From contig CAZMAW010000002.1 of NCBI GenBank assembly GCA_964564495.1, forward strand, positions 75,364 through 139,363: a stretch of DNA of 64,000 bases. Reading direction: 5' to 3'. The position numbers and the translations under genes were made by a program. The notes under the pieces are model-generated. The model made no database searches and was not told the origin of the DNA. It was given only the letters and a program-made list of their open reading frames with translations. Positions 48,436 to 57,900 of the stretch are shown here, piece after piece. The first letter of the stretch is position 1; every line of letters begins with the position of its first letter. The stretch comes from an uncultured Candidatus Nemicrothrix sp. (GTDB taxonomy: Bacteria > Actinomycetota > Acidimicrobiia > Acidimicrobiales > UBA8592).

Positions 48436-48553
48436 ACTTCTAAGGAAATAGAGTATTTTCTTGATAGAAAGATCAGTTATGCTAGTTAGTTTTTAGATTT
48501 AAGTATGAACTTTTATACTCAATGCTGTTGGTTCATAATTGGAAAGATAATTA

Positions 48554-49672
48554 ATGACTCTTGATTTTTCCCTACCTCCGGAATTGCAAACGTTGCAAGA
48601 AAAAGCTAAATCGGTTGCTTTGCAGGGCATCAAAGAATACGGCGTATACAACGATTCATGGATTAATGGTTATTCGAAAGAATTCTCAAAAATTCTTGCT
48701 ATGGAAGGCTGGATAGGCATGACATGGCCAGAAGAGTATGGGGGAGGTGGTAGGCCAGGTATTGAGCGGATGATTGTTGCAGAAGAGATGATCCGTGCTG
48801 GTGCACCAATTGCTGCCAGTTGGATAGCAGATCGGCAAATGGGACCTTCTATTTGTAATTATGGAAATTCTGAGCAGCAGGAGCGGTTTCTTCCTGGGAT
48901 GTTATCTGGCGAAGCTACTTGGTGCATTGGAATGAGCGAACCAAATTCAGGTTCCGATTTGGCCTCATTGACTACTTCAGCGGTCCGTGATGGGAAGGAT
49001 TACATTCTCAACGGGCAAAAGACATGGACTAGCCTCGCAGCGATATCAGACTACTGTTATTTGATTGTTCGAACTGCAAATGATGGCCCTCCTCACCGAG
49101 GATTAAGCGAAATGGTTGTTCCTATGGATCAAGTTGGCATTGAGATACGTACCATAGAAGACAGCGTAAATAATAAGCATTTCTGCGAAGTTTTCTTTAC
49201 TGATGTTCGAGTTCCTATGGAAAACCTAATAGGTGAAGAAAATCAAGCCTTCTCTCAAACCATGTCACAATTAGAGCATGAACGGGGTGGGATTGACAGG
49301 CTAATGTCGAATCGCCCTCTCTACGACGCTGCATGTCAAATTGCAGATAAAGCAGATCCATTAATTCGTCAAGAAATTGCTGATCTGGAAATCGGATATA
49401 AGCTTGGCAGGTTGCTGGTTTACAAAGGTGCTCTTGGGCAGTCACTTAAAGGGTTCAGCGCTGGGACGAAATGCTTTTGTACTGAACATGAGCAACGTGT
49501 TGCTGATTTTGCTGCCCGAATCCTAGGCGCTAAAGCAACTGCTGGAGGAGATTTCGCAGACGCTATATGCTATTCGCCCGCATACACAATTCAGGGCGGT
49601 ACGTCAGGCATCATGCGGAATATTTTAGGTGAGCGAGTGTTGGGCTTACCACGAGAGCCCAAGGTTAAATAA
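48554..49672 (+). CDS. acyl-CoA dehydrogenase (actinobacterial FadE-like)
   Basis: CIGMSEPNSGSDLA, NGQKTWTS, TIQGGTS. Confidence 0.92.
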   Translation: MTLDFSLPPELQTLQEKAKSVALQGIKEYGVYNDSWINGYSKEFSKILAMEGWIGMTWPEEYGGGGRPGIERMIVAEEMIRAGAPIAASWIADRQMGPSICNYGNSEQQERFLPGMLSGEATWCIGMSEPNSGSDLASLTTSAVRDGKDYILNGQKTWTSLAAISDYCYLIVRTANDGPPHRGLSEMVVPMDQVGIEIRTIEDSVNNKHFCEVFFTDVRVPMENLIGEENQAFSQTMSQLEHERGGIDRLMSNRPLYDAACQIADKADPLIRQEIADLEIGYKLGRLLVYKGALGQSLKGFSAGTKCFCTEHEQRVADFAARILGAKATAGGDFADAICYSPAYTIQGGTSGIMRNILGERVLGLPREPKVK

Positions 49673-50451
49673 TGGATCTCTCTTTAAGTGGGAAAACGGC
49701 GCTCATTACTGGAAGTTATCGGGGTACTGGTGCAGGAATTGCGTCTTGTTTGGCGGAAGAAGGAGCAAAAGTTTTCGTACATGGTTTCAATCCAGGAGAT
49801 TCAAGTACGGTATCCGAGCAAATCAATGCCCAGGGGGGAGTTGCTGAATCAGTTGACGCTGACTTATTTGCAGAAGATGGAATAAGCCTATTACGAAATT
49901 CTATTCCTGACGTAGATATTCTGATTAACAACTACGGCAAACCTTCAGGGTCTTCGTGGGCTTCTAGTGAGAGTTGGTCAGATGAATGGGAAAGAAATGT
50001 TCTGATCGGAATAAAGGTCACTCAACTATTTCTCGATGGGATGAAAGAGCGTAACTGGGGGAGAATTGTCTTTGTCGGTACTGTTGGAGTCAACAAACCA
50101 AGTACTCACAGCCCAGGTTACTATGGCGCAAAAGCTTCACTTCATGCAATTGTTCGTACGCTAGCGAAAGAAGTAAGTGGTACAGGGGTCACCTCTAATG
50201 TTGTAAACCCTGGGATGATAGCCACCAGCGAAGTAAGAGAAATGCTTACACGAGCAGCTGCGAAACGAAATTTAGCTACTGATTGGGAAAATGTACAAAA
50301 TTGGGCAGCAGGAAAGTACATGCCGAACCTCACTGGTCGACTTCCTACCCCAGAGGATATTGGTAGAATAATCTCTTTTTTGGTGAGTGAGCCAGCGTGG
50401 TATATCAACGGGGCAAGTATTGCTGTAGATGGAGGTAGCGTAGATGCGTAG
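49672..50451 (+). CDS. SDR
   Basis: TGSYRGTG, NNYG, YYGAK. Confidence 0.88.
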   Translation: MDLSLSGKTALITGSYRGTGAGIASCLAEEGAKVFVHGFNPGDSSTVSEQINAQGGVAESVDADLFAEDGISLLRNSIPDVDILINNYGKPSGSSWASSESWSDEWERNVLIGIKVTQLFLDGMKERNWGRIVFVGTVGVNKPSTHSPGYYGAKASLHAIVRTLAKEVSGTGVTSNVVNPGMIATSEVREMLTRAAAKRNLATDWENVQNWAAGKYMPNLTGRLPTPEDIGRIISFLVSEPAWYINGASIAVDGGSVDA

Positions 50452-50476
50452 GGAAAAGTTTACGAGGGAATAACTG

Positions 50477-51694
50477 ATGAGTAATGAACCCCGATGGTTA
50501 GAAGGCATCAAAGTTCTTGACTTGACTAGGTATCTAGCTGGCCCTTCATGCACTCGGTTGTTAACTGAATTGGGGGCGGATGTTATTAAAATCGAAACTC
50601 CACCGTATGGTGACCCAAACCGTTCAACTCGACCGCGCGTAAATAAGCGAGCGGGCACCCATATCCAACAAAATCGTGGGAAGCGAAGCTTTTGTGTCGA
50701 TATGAACCACCCAGAAGGCGCAGATCTAATCAGAGAGCTGGCAACAAAGGTAGACATAATCGTAGAAAACTTCAGCCCTGGAGTCTTGAAACGACGAAAT
50801 CTGGACTATATAACGTTAAAAGAGTCCAATCCGTCCTTAATCATGGCGTCTGTTTCTGGGTTTGGTCAAACAGGTCCGCTTTCCGAGCAGCCGTGCTTTG
50901 ATCTAATAGCCCAAGGCTACGCAGGTTTAATGCATATGACTGGTGAACCCGATAGGCCACCGATGTTCGTAGGATTTGGTTTAGCAGATACCAACGCTGG
51001 CGCTCATGCCTTTGCTGCGATTGGACATGCTCTATATAACAGAGAACGAACTGGTCGCGGAACGCACTTAGATATTTCTATGGTTGATGCCCTCTTTCAT
51101 ATGCAGGATCTTCCTGTTCACGCCGAATCAATGACTGATGGCGAATATGGGGCGATGAGGCAAGGAAGAAATTTTCAAATGCTTTCGCCAGCTGGATCAT
51201 TTCAAGGCCCTGAAGGGTGGATTGTTATATTATGTGCTGAGGCACAAATCCCGAATCTCTATGAGGCAATGGGAAAGAGTGAATTAAACGAAGATTCAAG
51301 ATTTAAAGGAAATCCAGCTCGAATTGAAAATCGGCAAGAACTTACTTCGATCATAGAAGAATGGATGTCTTCTTTCTCTACTGACAAAGAAGTGTTAGAA
51401 ATGCTTCAAAAGCACCGAGTCCCCTGTGGGCCGGTTCTAACACCTAAGGAAACATTGTCCCACCCCCACTTTGTCGAGCGAGGAACAATTAGAACTGTGA
51501 ATGATCCCTTGATAGGCGATGTGCAGATCCCCGGGTTCCCCTTTAAAAGCTCTGACCCACTTCCGGAAGACTCATATGTCGCAGCCGCACTGGGAGAACA
51601 TAATCACGAAGTTCTGATCAAAGAGCTAGGAAAGACTAAAGAAGAAATCATTGAATTAGAAAATTCTGGGGTAATCGCCTCAAAGCCCCACTAA
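50477..51694 (+). CDS. class III CoA-transferase (CaiB/BaiF)
   Basis: LAGP, NRGKRS, ENFSPG, SGFGQTGP, catalytic GLAD. Confidence 0.92.
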   Translation: MSNEPRWLEGIKVLDLTRYLAGPSCTRLLTELGADVIKIETPPYGDPNRSTRPRVNKRAGTHIQQNRGKRSFCVDMNHPEGADLIRELATKVDIIVENFSPGVLKRRNLDYITLKESNPSLIMASVSGFGQTGPLSEQPCFDLIAQGYAGLMHMTGEPDRPPMFVGFGLADTNAGAHAFAAIGHALYNRERTGRGTHLDISMVDALFHMQDLPVHAESMTDGEYGAMRQGRNFQMLSPAGSFQGPEGWIVILCAEAQIPNLYEAMGKSELNEDSRFKGNPARIENRQELTSIIEEWMSSFSTDKEVLEMLQKHRVPCGPVLTPKETLSHPHFVERGTIRTVNDPLIGDVQIPGFPFKSSDPLPEDSYVAAALGEHNHEVLIKELGKTKEEIIELENSGVIASKPH

Positions 51695-51696
51695 CT

Positions 51697-52173
51697 ATGA
51701 GCTCGGTCGATGAATCATCCATCAGTAGTCAAAAGAGGTATTTTGATGATCTGATTCTAGGTGAAAAAAACTCTTCACGATGGTTCTCGGCAGATGAAAC
51801 TGAAATGATCGAATTTGCTCGTCAATATGACCCTCAGTATTTTCACATAGATCCGGTACAGGCAAAAAATTCACCATTTGGGCAAATAGTTGCTTCTGGT
51901 ACATATACGTTTGCTATCTGGAATAAACTTAATATGGAAGTGAATGGTGGTATCGCTTGGATAGCAGGATTGGGATTCAATGATTTTAAGTTTACTAACC
52001 CTTTTCTACCCGATACTCCTGTCCAGTCAACTAGCCATCTTGTTTCAAAGCGTGAATCAAAGAAAAATCCTCTTCGTGGTTTAGTTGTTCATGAATATCG
52101 AATGAGAGACGAATCCGGTGTGTCTATCTTCGAGTGCACTTGCCCCGCATTAGTTGAGCGAGTTAAGGAATAA
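51697..52173 (+). CDS. MaoC-family dehydratase
   Basis: YFDDL, FARQYDPQYFHID, ASG. Confidence 0.85.
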   Translation: MSSVDESSISSQKRYFDDLILGEKNSSRWFSADETEMIEFARQYDPQYFHIDPVQAKNSPFGQIVASGTYTFAIWNKLNMEVNGGIAWIAGLGFNDFKFTNPFLPDTPVQSTSHLVSKRESKKNPLRGLVVHEYRMRDESGVSIFECTCPALVERVKE

Positions 52174-52211
52174 AGATAGATGTAAAATGATCAGTGGAAT
52201 AAGGAGTGCCC

Positions 52212-53408
52212 ATGTCTGATTTAAATGAAGTAGTGATAGTGGATGCCGTTCGTTCCGCTACTGCGAAGCGTAATGGAAGACTATCTAGCTTTCATGTAAC
52301 GAAACTCCTAGGTGACGTTCTGGTTTCCTTAGTTGAACGTAACAATCTAGACCCGAGTCTTGTCGATCATGTCGCTGGTGGTTGTATTGCTCAAGTTGGA
52401 ATGCAAGCGAACAATGTAACTCGAACATCTTGGCTGGCTGCAGGCCTACCTGTTCATGTTGGCGCTTCAACTACCACGACGCAATGTGGTTCGGGCCAAC
52501 ACGCTAATACGTGGGCGCATTCACTGATCTCATCGGGAATGGCTGAAATAGTCATTGTTTGTGGTGTGGAATCCATGTCGCATGTTCCAATGGCCTCACA
52601 AATCCCAGTAAACGAAAAAGGGGAGGCGTATCTCGGGGAAAGGTACACAGATCAATATTCAGAGTTGCATGACCCTACTAACCAGCTTGAAGGGGCGGAA
52701 CGTATTGCAGAAAAATGGGGGTTAACTCGAGAAGAACTTGACCGCTACGGTGTTAGATCGCAACAGCTCGCGGCTCAAGCCTGGGAAGAGGGAAGATTCG
52801 AAGGACAAATAGTACCTTTCGATATTTCAGGTGATGGAACAGATATCCACGACCGTGATGAGGGGCTTCGCGAGACGACATACGAAGGCTTGGAAAAGCT
52901 CTCTCCAATTTCTGGTGCTAGTTATTTTGATGAAGCAGCAAAATATCATACAGCAGGTACGGCTTCACAACTCGCTGATGCGGCATCAGCTCTTCTTGTA
53001 ATGAGTGCATCCAAAGCAGAGGAATTAGGGATGGAGCCAATGGCGCGAATCCTGAGTTCATGTCTTGTTGGTAGTGACCCCGCTTTGATGCTGACAGGCC
53101 CAATACCCGCTACAAAAAAACTTCTTACTGATAGTGGCTATAAGAAAGAGGATATTGATATTTTTGAAATCAATGAAGCTTTTGCAGCAGTTGTGCTTGC
53201 ATGGGCGAAAGAACTAGAGATTGAAATTGATAGAAAAGTGAATCCTAATGGAGGAGCTATAGCTATTGGCCATGCACTGGGGTCTACTGGCCCACTGCTC
53301 ATAACAAAAACGGTTCATGAACTTCAAAGATCCGGCGGCCGTTTGGGACTGATCAGCATGTGTTGTGGCGGAGGACTGGGAACAGGAACTTTAGTTGAGC
53401 GTCTGTAA
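52212..53408 (+). CDS. acetyl-CoA acyltransferase (3-ketoacyl-CoA thiolase)
   Basis: QCGSG nucleophile, NEAFA, GAIAIGHALG, MCCGGG; AAGGAG SD before ATG 52212. Confidence 0.93.
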   Translation: MSDLNEVVIVDAVRSATAKRNGRLSSFHVTKLLGDVLVSLVERNNLDPSLVDHVAGGCIAQVGMQANNVTRTSWLAAGLPVHVGASTTTTQCGSGQHANTWAHSLISSGMAEIVIVCGVESMSHVPMASQIPVNEKGEAYLGERYTDQYSELHDPTNQLEGAERIAEKWGLTREELDRYGVRSQQLAAQAWEEGRFEGQIVPFDISGDGTDIHDRDEGLRETTYEGLEKLSPISGASYFDEAAKYHTAGTASQLADAASALLVMSASKAEELGMEPMARILSSCLVGSDPALMLTGPIPATKKLLTDSGYKKEDIDIFEINEAFAAVVLAWAKELEIEIDRKVNPNGGAIAIGHALGSTGPLLITKTVHELQRSGGRLGLISMCCGGGLGTGTLVERL

Positions 53409-53448
53409 GTTGGACATAGTTTATTCAATGAGAAAGAGCTATTAGATT

Positions 53449-54609
53449 ATGCTCGTATCCGAACAAATCAACCAAATTAAAAAGCTACTGGAGCGGATTG
53501 ATTCTGGAACAAATGTCGACGCTGGAAAATTCTATGAAAATCCGACAGATAACTACATCAATAAAGAATTAGCGAATAGGGAATGGGAAACTTTCTTTTG
53601 CAACTCTCCTCAACTTGTTGGCCTCTCAGGGGACCTGCCTGAAAGCAATTCTTTCTTGACTATGAAAGAATTTGGGACACCAATTCTCGCGATAAGAGAT
53701 GAGGATGGAGAATTTCACGCTTATGTAAATTCATGCCGCCATCGTGGTGTCATCGTAGAGGAGAATGAACGTGGCACCGCTAGACGCTTCACGTGCAGGT
53801 TCCATGGGTGGACCTACGATGTCAATGGCACACTGGTTGGATTACCAAAATCAGATCACTTCGGGCAGCCAGAAACTGAGACGTTGGGTTTGATTGAATT
53901 GCCTTCTGAGGAAAGGCATGGCCTGTTGTGGGTGCACCCAGACCCCAACGGGGTCATTGACCTTCAAGAATTACTTACCGAAGAACTTCTAGTAGAACTT
54001 GAGACCTGGGATCTCCATGAATTGGACTATCTGGGGAACGATACATATGACGTTGCTTGCAATTGGAAACTTGCCATGGATACGTTTGGCGAGACATATC
54101 ATTTCAGTTCATTACACGTAAACACGTTGAACAACGCATTCCATGGCAATGTTCAGTGTTATGACACATTTGGAAATAATCATAGGATGCTCCTTTGCCG
54201 GAGAGACATTGATGAAATGAGAAAACTTCCTGAAGCTGAATGGAGTATCACTACTGCAGCGCTTCCGGTGTATTGGTTATTTCCCAATGTGCAACTAATG
54301 CCATCGAAGGAAGGCCTGTACCTTGTTCGTGCATATCCTTCCTTGGGCGATCCAGGTCAACATCGTTCCCTTATCAGTTTTTACTTACGACCAGAATTTT
54401 CTGAGGATGCGGAAATGAAAGAGGTTCTCACAATGATCTCGCACGGATTCGGAGGAGTTATCCGAGACGAGGACTACGCCGTGAGTGCAAGTCAGCAACT
54501 AACGGCAAATAGTCAGTCCCTTGACTATGTTTTGTTTGGAAGGAATGAACCTGCATTGCATCATTACCACTCAACTTATGAACGTGTACTAGCGAAAGCT
54601 AACACGTAA
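53449..54609 (+). CDS. Rieske non-heme iron oxygenase, alpha subunit
   Basis: CRHRG...CRFHGW Rieske motif; DTFGETYH..LH mononuclear Fe site; C-terminal ED. Confidence 0.92.
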   Translation: MLVSEQINQIKKLLERIDSGTNVDAGKFYENPTDNYINKELANREWETFFCNSPQLVGLSGDLPESNSFLTMKEFGTPILAIRDEDGEFHAYVNSCRHRGVIVEENERGTARRFTCRFHGWTYDVNGTLVGLPKSDHFGQPETETLGLIELPSEERHGLLWVHPDPNGVIDLQELLTEELLVELETWDLHELDYLGNDTYDVACNWKLAMDTFGETYHFSSLHVNTLNNAFHGNVQCYDTFGNNHRMLLCRRDIDEMRKLPEAEWSITTAALPVYWLFPNVQLMPSKEGLYLVRAYPSLGDPGQHRSLISFYLRPEFSEDAEMKEVLTMISHGFGGVIRDEDYAVSASQQLTANSQSLDYVLFGRNEPALHHYHSTYERVLAKANT

Positions 54610-54624
54610 TGGCTAGAAGCATAC

Positions 54625-55032
54625 TTAGTCAACTGGTAAGGCAATAATTGCTTCGCCTTCCAATAGACGCTCACCTTGGCGCTCTAACCAAATCTCACAT
54701 CTAGCGAGTCTTGTGTCAGAACTTGAGCGTATCTCAACAACTTTTCCGCATGCTGTAAGGTGATCCCCTCCTAAAACCCAACCGGTGAAATCGACGGTGA
54801 GCCTGCGAATACAGTCTGCACCTTGCCATTCCATTAACATGTTCACAAGGTATGACAAATTTAGTGGCCCTTGATTAACCACTTTCCCTTTAATCCCCAT
54901 TTGCTCATTCCCTTTGGCATCCCAATGTATGGGGTAGGGGTCTCGTAATAGGGCAGCCATCGTTTTCATTTTCTGCTCATCAACTGATGGGATTTCGAGC
55001 GGTGGGATCTGAGTCCCAACTTCAACGTTCAA
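54625..55032 (-). CDS. MaoC-family dehydratase (catalytic-type subunit)
   Basis: DPYPIHWD, QGPL. Confidence 0.85.
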   Translation of the reverse strand: MNVEVGTQIPPLEIPSVDEQKMKTMAALLRDPYPIHWDAKGNEQMGIKGKVVNQGPLNLSYLVNMLMEWQGADCIRRLTVDFTGWVLGGDHLTACGKVVEIRSSSDTRLARCEIWLERQGERLLEGEAIIALPVD

Positions 55033-55471
55033 TCTGACCCCTCCTTAACCTCCAATAGCTTGTAGCTCTTGCGACTGGCTGATTCTCACTATCAAAAAGC
55101 TCAATGGAGAAAACAAAACGATCGTAAACTTTTCCAGACTCGGTCAATCGTCGTTCAACCTCAATAATTTCACCTTCACACATGTATTCAACTTCTTCAC
55201 GTAATGGTTGAAAATATTCCCAGTCATATCCATCAAGACCTACCGTACCGACATCCTTTACTTTGCCTAGCTCGAAAAGCTCGGCAATTGATGTTTGCGC
55301 CCCCTGAATTGGTATATGGAAAAGGGCAATGGGATGCGCTAATCCATTGCTCAACTGAGACGAGGTAGTGCAGTCTGTTAAAAGAAAGTTTTCCCAATGG
55401 GCTATAGTCCTTTTCCCGCCAGGGAATTTATGACCGACCAAGCTCATCATGTATTCTTCTGATGCAGTCAT
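55022..55471 (-). CDS. hot-dog fold protein (FAS1/MaoC N-terminal type), probable partner of 54625
   Basis: AHPI, YDWEYFQPLR; 11-nt overlap with the MaoC gene. Confidence 0.7.
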   Translation of the reverse strand: MTASEEYMMSLVGHKFPGGKRTIAHWENFLLTDCTTSSQLSNGLAHPIALFHIPIQGAQTSIAELFELGKVKDVGTVGLDGYDWEYFQPLREEVEYMCEGEIIEVERRLTESGKVYDRFVFSIELFDSENQPVARATSYWRLRRGQIER

Positions 55472-55472
55472 T

Positions 55473-56000
55473 CTAATCCAATTCTCGTATGGCCTTCTCG
55501 GCCATCAGTAATGCGGGTAGGTCGTGGCTCACTACGGATTTAACGTGTAACTGCATCATATGCCTATCCGGAGCCTGGAAAGTTTCAAGTTCACGTTTCA
55601 AGCGTTTCTTAGAGGGGGGAGTCCCGCCCAAAGCGCGCGTAAGAAAAGCTTCAGTGTAACGTTCTAGCAACTCATCACTTTGGAAAATATCTACTTCACC
55701 TCGGAGTGTAACCTGCCGACCAATATTCTCAGGGTCCCAAATGCAAAAGGAAGTGGCAGGATTTCTCCGCCACGAATGATATTTCGCCCGATTCGTTGTT
55801 GAAGTGACAGTAATTTTCCCGTCGAGAACTGTATAAAGCATTATTGCAGTTACTGGTGCGTTTGATTTTGTGACCCAAGATACGACTGCGTGAGTTGCGT
55901 TTTCAACAATTCCTTCTATTTCCTCGTCAGAGAGCGAAAAGGATTTAATCTCGCGACGTAATTTCCACGGTTCAGAAATATCGGACTCATTGATTTCCAT
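55473..56000 (-). CDS. pyridoxamine-phosphate-oxidase-like split-barrel protein (possibly F420-binding)
   Basis: TTNRAK..SWRRNPATS, QVTLRGE. Confidence 0.75.
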   Translation of the reverse strand: MEINESDISEPWKLRREIKSFSLSDEEIEGIVENATHAVVSWVTKSNAPVTAIMLYTVLDGKITVTSTTNRAKYHSWRRNPATSFCIWDPENIGRQVTLRGEVDIFQSDELLERYTEAFLTRALGGTPPSKKRLKRELETFQAPDRHMMQLHVKSVVSHDLPALLMAEKAIRELD

Positions 56001-56090
56001 GTTGGTTGATTTAAGATCCTTCGCCTAAGTGATTCCGTATTCATATCAAATGCAGAATGTTTATGCGAATTCTCGTGTAAAACTGTATAT

Positions 56091-56633
56091 ATGGTTACCG
56101 AGAATGCTCGATATATTCGACGCCTTATAGCGAAAGATGCAATTCGCGATCTTGTTTTGCAGTATTCCGTTGCAGTGGCTGATCGGGATACTGAGTTAAT
56201 GACCTCTCTCTTTGTTAAAGATGCAGATTTCGGTACATCGGGTAAGGGTCCAGAAGCATTAAAGCAGCTTATGGACTCCACGATGGGAGAGTTGGAATTA
56301 GGAATCATTCTCGTCACAAATCACCTAATTAAGTTTGTTGATGATGAAAATGCCGAAGGAGAAGTGTGGGCAAAATGCTTTGCGCAGAATCAAAGTGAAG
56401 GATATTACGAACAATTGATAAAATATGTCGATAATTATCGGTGTACATCTATGGATAATACAGGAAGCCAGATTTGGAAATTCGAGAAACGTAAACATAT
56501 GCTCTGGTTCGGAGAAGGAAAGAATTCCCCTTTACTTCAAGAACCAGCGAACTGGCCATCAAAGAATATTGGAATTGGACGGATTCCTTTGTCAGATAGT
56601 GCGGTTCAGGGCTTCCGGAAAGATAGAGAATAA
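56091..56633 (+). CDS. SnoaL/NTF2-like protein
   Basis: AIRDLVLQYSVAVAD, HLI, YVDNY. Confidence 0.8.
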   Translation: MVTENARYIRRLIAKDAIRDLVLQYSVAVADRDTELMTSLFVKDADFGTSGKGPEALKQLMDSTMGELELGIILVTNHLIKFVDDENAEGEVWAKCFAQNQSEGYYEQLIKYVDNYRCTSMDNTGSQIWKFEKRKHMLWFGEGKNSPLLQEPANWPSKNIGIGRIPLSDSAVQGFRKDRE

Positions 56634-56644
56634 AGGTTTGCTGC

Positions 56645-57874
56645 TCATGTAATGACGCCGCTCTCTTGGAGTTCAGTTATTTCACTGTTCGACATTGAGA
56701 GTTCAGCAGATAGAACATCAGATGTATGCTGCCCGAGTGTCGGTGGGGGAGTGTCTATATCGTCGTCAAGGTCGCTCATTTTGATAGGGTTACCGGCGGC
56801 AAGAACTATTTCATCATTTTGAGTTAAAATTTCAACCAGCATCTTTCTACTTCTTACATGAGGATCATTGATAATGTCTTTAGCTTCAAATGATGGTCCT
56901 GCAGCAATTCCGGCATTTGCGAGTAAGTCACAGGCTTCGATTGGAGTTTTATCTCCTGCCCAGTCGTGAACAGCTCTTCGGATCAATTCTATGTTTTCTA
57001 CCCAACCCTCTCGCGAAGAGAATCTCTGGTCTTCAAGCCATTCTGTGCAACCAAGTAATTCTGCGAAACGCTCGAACTGATGTTCGCGCCCTATTTGAAT
57101 AACAATCTCTCCATTAGTAATTCTGAAACCATGGTTGATGAGAAAACTAGGCGAACGCGGATCGTGCCCCATAGAGAAATAATTCGGGACGATATCTGCA
57201 AAAGCAATCATAGAGTCAAACATCGAAAGGTCTATGTATTGACCTTTACCTGTTATTTCTCGATGACGTAAAGCAGCTAATATGCCAATTACTGCAAAGA
57301 GCCCCGTCCCTGTGTCACCAAGAGCAGCGGCAGGGGAGACCTTTACATCTTCGTCTGCTGGACGGTTGAACGTGTATAGGCCCGACATCGCTTCAGCAAT
57401 TGGGGCGAATGCAGGCCATTCTCGGTAAGGACTATTAGTGCTATTTCCGAATCCTGAAATTGAAAGATAAATCAATGATTCGTTGTCTAGCGACAACGAG
57501 GCAAAGTCGAGACCAAATCTCTTCATAGTTCCCGGCTTGAAATTTTCCGCAACCACGTCAAAGTTGGGGACAAGGCGCTTGAAGAGAGTTTGTCCCATCT
57601 GATGCTTGAGGTCGATTCCGACGCTTCGCTTAGAAAGGTTATTTCGTATAAATGTGGCACCGATTTGATTTCCAGATAGATCTTCTACAGCTGGGAGAGA
57701 GCTGCGGCCGAGGTCGCCACGGACCGGATGTTCAATTTTCACTACGTCAGCTCCTAGCCTCGCAAGGATCTGCGTTGCGAAGGGGAGTGATTGCATTTGC
57801 TCAACCGCGAGAACTCTGACACCTTCTAAAGGGCGATGAGACGATGTACTTTCTGCGTTTAATGCATTACCCAT
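56645..57874 (-). CDS. class III CoA-transferase (CaiB/BaiF)
   Basis: NLSKRS, ENFKPG, SGFG, ALGD. Confidence 0.92.
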   Translation of the reverse strand: MGNALNAESTSSHRPLEGVRVLAVEQMQSLPFATQILARLGADVVKIEHPVRGDLGRSSLPAVEDLSGNQIGATFIRNNLSKRSVGIDLKHQMGQTLFKRLVPNFDVVAENFKPGTMKRFGLDFASLSLDNESLIYLSISGFGNSTNSPYREWPAFAPIAEAMSGLYTFNRPADEDVKVSPAAALGDTGTGLFAVIGILAALRHREITGKGQYIDLSMFDSMIAFADIVPNYFSMGHDPRSPSFLINHGFRITNGEIVIQIGREHQFERFAELLGCTEWLEDQRFSSREGWVENIELIRRAVHDWAGDKTPIEACDLLANAGIAAGPSFEAKDIINDPHVRSRKMLVEILTQNDEIVLAAGNPIKMSDLDDDIDTPPPTLGQHTSDVLSAELSMSNSEITELQESGVIT

Positions 57875-57900
57875 TGGTGTCGTGCCCTCCCTACAGTGAC

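Noticed and set aside
42817-54609. Naming kstD, kshA or fadA/fadE, i.e. a canonical cholesterol pathway
   Set aside because: The families are compatible, but I see no hsaABCD or ipdAB-like genes and motifs alone cannot fix the substrate
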